64,000 bases of DNA from assembly GCA_016176295.1 (NCBI GenBank), contig JACOXN010000005.1:2156-66155 (forward strand). The letters are read 5' to 3'. The notes under the pieces were generated by a model that saw only the letters and a list, made by a program, of their open reading frames with translations, was not told where the DNA came from and made no database searches. The position numbers and the translations under genes were made by a program. Below, piece by piece: positions 8,663 through 15,050 of this stretch (position 1 is its first letter; every line of letters begins with the position of its first letter). Source of the DNA: Candidatus Giovannonibacteria bacterium (GTDB lineage: Bacteria; Patescibacteriota; Minisyncoccia; UBA11713; 2-01-FULL-45-33).

Positions 8663-8688
8663 GGGCCTAGTGGTTTTTTGGAGCTTCA

Positions 8689-9120
8689 ATGGAAAGAATA
8701 TGGCATAATGGAAATATGGAAAAAGATTTTCAAAATTGGCATAATAAAAAGTCTAATATTGATAAAATTGAGAAACGGCCGTTTTTTCACGAGCGGGAAA
8801 TTTGGTTTTGCTACCTGGGAGCAAATATCGGGTTTGAACAGGACGGAAGCGGAGAGGAGTTTTTAAGGCCGGTATTAATTGTCCGCAAGTTTAATAATGA
8901 GATTTTTTGGGGGATACCGCTTACTAAAGCCCATAAAAAACTTGCTAAAAAAGCGGAAAAATATTACTTTTCATTTTCGTTTATTTCTGATATAAAAAGT
9001 GCCGCAATTTTATCACAAATTAGATTGATAGACGCAAGGAGACTGAGTCGTCATATAGGTATTATGCCGGATGCCGAATTTATCAAGTTAATAGAAAAGC
9101 TCAAGGCGTTATTGCCGTGA
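8689..9120 (+). CDS. PemK/MazF-like toxin-fold protein
   Basis: EREIWFCYLGANIGFEQDGSGEEFLRPVLIVRKF fits the MazF/PemK N-terminal pattern (Iw..dlg...G.Eq.G..RPvlv). The alternative start ATG at 8716 is preceded by CATAAT plus 6 nt. Confidence 0.7.
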   Translation: MERIWHNGNMEKDFQNWHNKKSNIDKIEKRPFFHEREIWFCYLGANIGFEQDGSGEEFLRPVLIVRKFNNEIFWGIPLTKAHKKLAKKAEKYYFSFSFISDIKSAAILSQIRLIDARRLSRHIGIMPDAEFIKLIEKLKALLP

Positions 9121-9199
9121 GCTTTTCTCGTTTTTCCCCTGCCTTGCGGCAGAGTCGGGCCGAAGCCATTTGTCACTCCATTATAGCAAAACCACAAAC

Positions 9200-9210
9200 C
9201 ATGTCAAGTC
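9200..9210 (+). repeat. CATGTCAAGTC junction 11-mer, copy 2
   Basis: It is embedded in an approximately 45-bp block shared with 9940-9990 (TTATA.CA...AAACCATGTCAAGTC.AATTGTGAATAACA). Confidence 0.8.
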
Positions 9211-9215
9211 AAATT

Positions 9216-9362
9216 GTGAATAACAGATTAAGCCAAAATTTAATGCTCAAAATTTCACATTTTGCGTTGGCATTTTCTATTTTGATTTTTGTATTTTCCA
9301 TTTTTCCCGCAAAATCGGTCCATATCGGCTATTGGAGTTTTGATTGGAAAAATGCGGTATAA
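9216..9362 (+). pseudogene. Truncated 5' copy of a LamG-domain gene (start, signal peptide and GYWSFD motif only)
   Basis: VNNRLSQNLMLKISHFALAFSILIFVFSIFPAKSVHIGYWSFDWKNAV* parallels the N-terminus of the intact gene (MNNKLIQLPLFSLVFFVILF...GLVGYWSFDGSDMAV). It forms part of track ORF 9117..9362. Confidence 0.75.
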
Positions 9363-9385
9363 TAAGCATAAGGCATAATAAAGGA

Positions 9386-9928
9386 ATGAAAAATAAATCA
9401 AATAACTTTGTTTATATTGACGGCGCCAACTTGTACAAAGGCTTGGAAAGCTCAGGCTGGGCGATGGATTACGGGAGATTTAGGGTGTGGTTAACTGAAA
9501 AATACGGAATTAAGCATGCATATATTTTTATCGGGCTCATACCAAAATACAAAGATCTTTACAAATATTTACAGGAATCGGGTTTTACTTTGGTTTTCAA
9601 AGAAGTAATTTACGATGGAAACGGAAAACCAAAAGGAAATTGCGACGCCGATCTGGTTCTACAGGCTGCGTGCGATGCGTATGAAAATAAATTTGAAAAA
9701 GCGATTGTAGTTTCAAGCGATGGGGACTATGCTGGTTTGATAAAATTTCTTAGCGAACGCGGAAAATTGGAAATAATTTTATCGCCACACGCAAAAAATC
9801 TCTGCTCGATTCTTCTCAAAAGAACTGGCGCGCCGATCGCTTACTTGAATGATCAAAAGATTATTTTACAAAGCCAAAAAGAAAAAGCCCCCGGTGCGGA
9901 CGGAACCGCACAAGGGTCTTTCTCGTAA
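9386..9928 (+). CDS. NYN-domain (LabA-like) putative RNase
   Basis: NFVYIDGANLY, CDADLVLQA and IVVSSDGDYAGLIKFL match the NYN/LabA acidic motifs. The ATG at 9386 (MKNKSNNF) is preferred over the track start at 9344. Confidence 0.8.
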   Translation: MKNKSNNFVYIDGANLYKGLESSGWAMDYGRFRVWLTEKYGIKHAYIFIGLIPKYKDLYKYLQESGFTLVFKEVIYDGNGKPKGNCDADLVLQAACDAYENKFEKAIVVSSDGDYAGLIKFLSERGKLEIILSPHAKNLCSILLKRTGAPIAYLNDQKIILQSQKEKAPGADGTAQGSFS

Positions 9929-9959
9929 GTATTGCCTTTATTATACACCCCCCAAAAAC

Positions 9960-9970
9960 CATGTCAAGTC
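9960..9970 (+). repeat. CATGTCAAGTC junction 11-mer, copy 3
   Basis: It lies upstream of the intact LamG gene. It is followed by a 19-bp tandem duplication, TCGAATTGTGAATAACAAA x2 (9969-9987 and 9988-10006), that duplicates the GTG start. Confidence 0.85.
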
Positions 9971-9994
9971 GAATTGTGAATAACAAATCGAATT

Positions 9995-12031
9995 GTGAAT
10001 AACAAATTAATCCAGCTTCCGCTTTTTTCTTTGGTATTTTTTGTAATTCTTTTTCTAAATCCGCAAAAAGCGGAAGCCGACATAATTTTCAAAGTTCCCC
10101 CCAGCCTCGGCCTTATCTCCGGCCTCGTCGGCTATTGGTCTTTCGATGGCTCCGACATGGCCGTAAACACCGCCTTCGATCGCTCGGGGCAGGGAAACAA
10201 CGGCACCCTCACCGGAGGTCCTTCCCGCATCGAAGGCAAACTCGGTCAGGCGCTCTCTTTTGATGGGGTGGATGATTATGTGAGTTTTGGTGGCGGGGCA
10301 GGGACAGTTGCTTATGTTCAATCAAAAGATGCCAGAAACGCAGCTCAAGCAACTACCATAGCTGTAACATTCACTAGCGCCACAGTTTCGGGCAATGCTA
10401 TAGTCGGAGCCGTAACATGGGGTTGCGCTTTCGCCGATTTAACTTCGGTTACAGACAATAAAGGAAATTCATACACTCTAAAAACCAGGGCTGAAGACGC
10501 AGGCAACACACAATCAATTCAAGCTTTTTATGCAAAAAATATTACCGGCGGTGCTACTCATACCATCACCGCCAATATTAACGGAAGCTGCTCTTTTAGA
10601 GCCATTGCAGTTCATGAAGTAAGCGGGGTTGACACAACCGCTCCGGATGATGGCAGCAATCAGCAATTTCAAAGCGCTCCGGGGACAGGCACTAACGCGC
10701 TGACATCAGGTTCATTTACGACCAGCGCCAACGGCGATTATATTTTTAGCGCCACACAAGATACTAGTGCCAACACCGCATCCCATACCGCCGGTACAAC
10801 CATTAGCTATACGCGCGTTACAAATGGTTCATCGGCAGATGTGGATTTTGCTTCAGAATGGGGGACTCAAACAACAGCCGGCTCTGTGGCGGGGACTTGG
10901 ACAAGCAATGAGAATAACGGTCATGTAACTGCGGCGATAGGATTGAAACCCGCGGCGGGCGCCGGCCCCAGTTTAAGCACAAACAGTATTTCCTTCTGGA
11001 TGAAAGCTGCGACCAGCACGACGCAAAGCATAATTGATTTGAACGGCACCGCCACCATCACGGAATCGAGCGGCACCCTCTCCGCAAATAACTTCACAAG
11101 CCCGACTATTTATGTGGACGGAGTGTCGGGCGGGACGGCAAATGACACGAATTGGCATCATGTTGTGGTAACGACGAATTCGGCTATAACGGCGAATGCG
11201 ATTACTATCGGCAAAGCCAGCGGAAGTGTTTTCGGAGGCCGCATCGACGATATCCGCATCTACAACCGCGCCCTCTCTTCCGACGAAATCAAACGCCTCT
11301 ACCGCGTCGGGGCGACTTTGCATGTGAATACAAAAATAAATAATGATTCGCTTGCAAAAGGCCTTGTGGGCTGGTGGAGTTTCGACGGGCCCGACATGGC
11401 GATTAACACCGCTCTCGACCGCTCCGGCCAAGGAAACAACGGCACCCTCACCAACGGCCCCACTCGCACCATCGGCAAACTCGGCCAGGCTTTGAGTTTT
11501 GATGGGACATCATCGGGTGGAGGGAATGATGTTGTAGACCTTGGTGCGACAGCGATTTTAACGGGAAGAGAAAGCGCTTGGGCCATCTGCAGCTGGGTAA
11601 AGATCGATTCTATTCCGCCAACCAGTGGGTCATATATGATTTATAACAGGCGAACGGACAGCGGCGGAGGAGGAAATTTCTCTTTTTATGTGGGAGACTG
11701 GACACTAAGTGATCGACGATGGGCGGTAAGCACAAACAATGGCGCATGGACCGATATGTTCGCTTCATCGCTGATGCCTATTGGAGAGTGGACCTATTTG
11801 TGCGCAACTAGTAATGGTTCTAATATATTTTTTTACTTCAATGGGAGTCCGGACGGGTCTCAAACATATGTGTTGCCGTCAAATGTGGCCAATCTAAGGC
11901 AAACCCTCGGTGCTTTTTGGAACAGTGGCGTGCCAGATGATGTGTTGGACGGCATCATCGACGATGTCCGCGTCTACAACAGGGCGCTTTCCGCAGACGA
12001 AATCAAAAGGCTATATAATTTGGGGAGGTAG
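9995..12031 (+). CDS. Secreted LamG/concanavalin-A-like lectin-fold protein with two LamG modules
   Basis: GTG start with an N-terminal signal/TM segment. Two homologous modules are present: GLVGYWSFDGSDMAVNTAFDRSGQGNNGTLTGGPSRIEGKLGQALSFDG...IDDIRIYNRALSSDEIKRLYRVG and GLVGWWSFDGPDMAINTALDRSGQGNNGTLTNGPTRTIGKLGQALSFDG...IDDVRVYNRALSADEIKRLYNLGR. Confidence 0.85.
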   Translation: MNNKLIQLPLFSLVFFVILFLNPQKAEADIIFKVPPSLGLISGLVGYWSFDGSDMAVNTAFDRSGQGNNGTLTGGPSRIEGKLGQALSFDGVDDYVSFGGGAGTVAYVQSKDARNAAQATTIAVTFTSATVSGNAIVGAVTWGCAFADLTSVTDNKGNSYTLKTRAEDAGNTQSIQAFYAKNITGGATHTITANINGSCSFRAIAVHEVSGVDTTAPDDGSNQQFQSAPGTGTNALTSGSFTTSANGDYIFSATQDTSANTASHTAGTTISYTRVTNGSSADVDFASEWGTQTTAGSVAGTWTSNENNGHVTAAIGLKPAAGAGPSLSTNSISFWMKAATSTTQSIIDLNGTATITESSGTLSANNFTSPTIYVDGVSGGTANDTNWHHVVVTTNSAITANAITIGKASGSVFGGRIDDIRIYNRALSSDEIKRLYRVGATLHVNTKINNDSLAKGLVGWWSFDGPDMAINTALDRSGQGNNGTLTNGPTRTIGKLGQALSFDGTSSGGGNDVVDLGATAILTGRESAWAICSWVKIDSIPPTSGSYMIYNRRTDSGGGGNFSFYVGDWTLSDRRWAVSTNNGAWTDMFASSLMPIGEWTYLCATSNGSNIFFYFNGSPDGSQTYVLPSNVANLRQTLGAFWNSGVPDDVLDGIIDDVRVYNRALSADEIKRLYNLGR

Positions 12032-12063
12032 ATTTTTAGGACAAAATATGCTATAATTGGCGC

Positions 12064-12336
12064 ATGAACAAACCAACCGCGCCGATTAGAAAGCAAAAGT
12101 TACCCGTTTCGTTTAAACGGCTTTTGTGGTCGTACGATTTCAATGCTATTGATGCGGAGCAATATAAAAGAACTATAATAGTAAATGTAGTTAATTACGG
12201 CAATCTCTCGGAATGGCGTTGGATTAAAAAACATTACGGCCGCCTAGAAATAAAAAAAATATTACATGAAATAAAGCCTACGGAGATCAGGAACGGTGCC
12301 CGGAAATTAGCCTCTCTTATTTTAGCCGCAAATTAA
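12064..12336 (+). CDS. Small hypothetical protein, probable partner of the downstream AbiEii-like nucleotidyltransferase
   Basis: 90 aa. The LLWSYDFNAIDAEQYKRTIIVNVVNYGNLSEWRWIKKHYG pattern is one I have seen upstream of DUF1814-type genes. It ends 9 nt before the next gene. TATAAT (12052-12057) lies 6 nt before the ATG. Confidence 0.5.
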   Translation: MNKPTAPIRKQKLPVSFKRLLWSYDFNAIDAEQYKRTIIVNVVNYGNLSEWRWIKKHYGRLEIKKILHEIKPTEIRNGARKLASLILAAN

Positions 12337-12345
12337 GATTTATAT

Positions 12346-12963
12346 ATGCATTCAGAGGCACTTACCAAAGAAGGCGCGAAAGTTTTCAAGAAACTCAAAG
12401 CAATAAAGGGTTTTTATTTAGCCGGCGGTACAGCCCTGGCATTGCAAATCGGGCACCGGATATCCGTTGATTTTGATTTGTTCTCAAATAAAAAAATCAA
12501 AAAAACGCTTTTATCGCAAATAGAGAAATTACTTGCAGGCGATAAAATTGAAATCTCGGTTAATAACAGTGATGAACTCACTTTATTTATAAATGGCGTT
12601 AAGGTTACTTTTTTGCATTATCCGTTTCCTGTGCTTAAACCTTTTATCAAACACGACTCATTTCCTTTACTCAGCGTCGAGGAAATTGCCGCAACCAAGG
12701 CATATACTATCGGCCGGCGCGGATCCTACAAAGATTATGTAGACATTTTTTTTGTTTTAAGCGGCAAATATACGAATTTAGAAGATGTGTTAAGTTTTGC
12801 CAATCGTAAATACGGCGATGCGTTTAATGGGCGGCTTTTTTTGGAACAATTGGCGTATTGGGGCGATATTAAAGACGAAAAAATAGTGTTTTTGGGCAAA
12901 GAGACAGGCCTTCAAGCGGTAAAACAATTTTTTGAAAAAACAATAAAAACCATTAAACTGTAA
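12346..12963 (+). CDS. Nucleotidyltransferase AbiEii/AbiGii toxin family (DUF1814-like), short form
   Basis: FYLAGGTALALQIGHRISVDFDLF is the characteristic N-terminal NTase motif of this family. Confidence 0.75.
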   Translation: MHSEALTKEGAKVFKKLKAIKGFYLAGGTALALQIGHRISVDFDLFSNKKIKKTLLSQIEKLLAGDKIEISVNNSDELTLFINGVKVTFLHYPFPVLKPFIKHDSFPLLSVEEIAATKAYTIGRRGSYKDYVDIFFVLSGKYTNLEDVLSFANRKYGDAFNGRLFLEQLAYWGDIKDEKIVFLGKETGLQAVKQFFEKTIKTIKL

Positions 12964-13081
12964 AATCATCGCTGATGTCGAGGGATTAAAAGGCTTTACA
13001 ATTAGTACAGGTAGATTTGACTTTGTTGCCGATTCATATAAAATAAGGAGTATATTCCTATTATTTAATTTTTATTAAAAT

Positions 13082-13643
13082 ATGCTTATTATAAAGCGTT
13101 ATTTGGGAGAAAAGATTTCAAAAAATCTTGGAAAGAAGAAAATCCTGATCATTTATGGGGCAAGGCAAGTGGGTAAGACCACACTGGTCAAAGATTTCTT
13201 ATATGAGCTATTTGGATATTTTGGAAAAACTTTGTATTATTTTCCCCTTAAAGCCATTTTTTTCAAATAAAAGAAAATCAATTTCTAAGCTGAGGAAGTA
13301 TTATTTTTATGATCTTGGCGTAAGGAATGCCGTCGTTGACGACTTTACTCCCATAGAAAGCCGAAAGGACTCCGGGGCTTTGTGGGAGAATTTTTGTATT
13401 GTGGAAAGAATGAAGCGCAACGATACTGCCGGCCGCTTAGCCAATTATTATTTTTGGCGTTCTTACCAGAGGGAGGAAATTGATATGATTGAGGTTGAAA
13501 ATGAAAACATATACGGTTTTGAGTTTAAGCGGGAAATGCAATCGTTAGATAAAAAAATAAAAGAAATTTATACGCAAGATTTGGCAGGGAAGGGTGATTT
13601 GGAAGTGATTTCCTCTGAAAATTTTCGTAACTTTGTAACATGA
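13082..13643 (+). pseudogene. Decayed AAA+ ATPase (AAA_14/DUF4143 type): internally deleted and frameshifted
   Basis: The N-terminal fragment carries Walker A (ILIIYGARQVGKTTLVKDFL; ORF 13082..13270). The C-terminal DUF4143-like fragment (KYYFYDLGVRNAVV...YYFWRSYQREEIDMI; ORF 13155..13643) is in another frame. The ATPase core between them is missing. Confidence 0.75.
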
Positions 13644-13688
13644 TTTTCGGCGGCGGAAATCAAACGGCTTTACAATTTGGGACGCTAA
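13644..13688 (+). pseudogene. Orphan 3' stub of a LamG-domain gene
   Basis: TTTTCGGCGGCGGAAATCAAACGGCTTTACAATTTGGGACGCTAA translates to FSAAEIKRLYNLGR*. The intact gene ends LSADEIKRLYNLGR*. Confidence 0.8.
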
Positions 13689-13744
13689 TATGTTGCGCTC
13701 TTCGTATCAATATGATACGATAAACCTATCTAAATGATACGAAT

Positions 13745-14800
13745 ATGCTTAAGATAAACCAAAAGGAACAAAGAATTATCGAGCTTTTCCTTAAAAAAGG
13801 CAAAATGTCGTCGTCCACGGCGTATAGTGAATTGGCCGGTTTAGGAGAAGAAATTTCCCTTGTAACAGTCAAGCGAATTTTATCCAAAATGGCGGTGAAA
13901 AGCCTTCTGAAGGTGCATGGGTCGGGGCGGGCGACTTCATACGACATCTCGACGCTGGGAAGAATGTTTGCAGATATCGTAGCCCGGGATTATTGCGCCA
14001 CAGAACCAGACAGGAGGTATGGCATGAGCAGTTTTAATTTTGAGTTTTTCCCCACATTGCCCGGAGAGATATTTGCGGATAAAGATTTAAAAACTTTGAA
14101 CAGCGCAACCCTGGAATACAAAAGAAAAACCACGAATTTGCCCAGGACCATCCAAAAAAAAGAATTGGAACGACTTATCATTGAACTCTCATGGAAGTCA
14201 TCGAAAATTGAAGGCAACACCTATACTCTTTTGGATACGGAAAAATTGATCTTAGAAAACAAAGAGGCTCCGGGCCACGATAAAAAAGAGGCTATTATGA
14301 TCTTGAACCATAAAGATGCGTTTAATTTTATTCATAAGAATAAAGCATTATTTAAAACGTTCAACCGCGCCAATCTGGAAAAATTGCACGCAATTTTAGT
14401 TAAAAATTTAAGCGTAGGTTTGGGTTTTCGGAAAAGGCTTGTCGGCGTTGTCGGGTCAAAATACAGGCCACTTGATAATATCCATCAAATTGAGGAAGCG
14501 GCTAGCCAGCTTTTCCTGGCGGTGGCGCGCGTAGAATCGATTTACGCCAAAGCGCTAATCGCTCTATTGGGTATTAGCTATATCCAGCCTTTTGAAGACG
14601 GCAATAAGCGTACATCAAGGTTGATGGCTAATGCCTTGCTTTTTGCGCATGGATTGGCTCCGCTTTCTTACAGAAGCGTGGAAGAAAAAGAATATCGCGA
14701 AGCAACTTTGGTATTTTATGAATTAAACTCAATCGTGCCGTTAAGAAATATTTTCGTGGATCAATATAATTTTGCAGCGAATAACTATGTTGTAAAGTAA
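13745..14800 (+). CDS. Fic/DOC-family protein with N-terminal wHTH, alpha-inh motif and a degenerate active-site motif
   Basis: Inhibitory-helix motif SSKIEGN ((S/T)xxxE(G/N)). The Fic-motif position reads QPFEDGNKRTSR (14585-14620) instead of HxFx(D/E)GNGRxxR. Confidence 0.8.
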   Translation: MLKINQKEQRIIELFLKKGKMSSSTAYSELAGLGEEISLVTVKRILSKMAVKSLLKVHGSGRATSYDISTLGRMFADIVARDYCATEPDRRYGMSSFNFEFFPTLPGEIFADKDLKTLNSATLEYKRKTTNLPRTIQKKELERLIIELSWKSSKIEGNTYTLLDTEKLILENKEAPGHDKKEAIMILNHKDAFNFIHKNKALFKTFNRANLEKLHAILVKNLSVGLGFRKRLVGVVGSKYRPLDNIHQIEEAASQLFLAVARVESIYAKALIALLGISYIQPFEDGNKRTSRLMANALLFAHGLAPLSYRSVEEKEYREATLVFYELNSIVPLRNIFVDQYNFAANNYVVK

Positions 14801-14822
14801 TACTGTCTATTCAAATAATTTT

Positions 14823-15002
14823 TATATCGGAGCATGGGATAATGGCACCGGTGTGGTAAACGGCACAATTGACGAGGCTAGAATCTACCCTCCTACGCCA
14901 AGCCTGCCTGTCGCCTGCCTGCCGGTAGGCAGGGCTACGGAAGGGCAAGCACCCGCGCGCTGTCGGTGGGATGAAATTAAGAGGCTATATAGTTTGGGGC
15001 GC
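14823..15002 (+). pseudogene. Orphan 3' portion of a LamG-domain gene, interrupted by a 62-bp palindromic insertion
   Basis: YIGAWDNGTGVVNGTIDEARIY[insert]DEIKRLYSLGR aligns to LGAFWNSGVPDDVLDGIIDDVRVYNRALSADEIKRLYNLGR of the intact gene. The stop codon is lost, so the track ORF 14853..17468 reads through it. Confidence 0.8.
14889..14950. repeat. Small palindromic insertion element (core CCTGCCTGCCGGTAGGCAGG, 14914-14933)
   Basis: It interrupts the conserved ...RIY | NRALS.DEIKRLY coding stub. The core recurs, reverse-complemented with 1 mismatch, at 62715-62734. Confidence 0.65.
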
Positions 15003-15050
15003 TGCTGTGTTACAATATCTCTATTAACTTATCAGCGTAATTTATCACAA

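Noticed and set aside
9995-15002. Diversity-generating retroelement (template/variable repeat) as an explanation for the repeated LamG C-terminal sequences
   Set aside because: No reverse transcriptase gene lies in or near the region. The differences between repeat copies are spread over all four bases rather than being confined to adenine positions. The repeats are conserved gene termini, not a variable region.
14853-15050. Track start (GTG 14853) for the O-antigen-ligase-like/TPR protein
   Set aside because: The first 50 codons are a LamG 3' stub carrying a palindromic insertion and a lost stop codon. The membrane protein most plausibly starts at ATG 15051, downstream of a TACAAT box.
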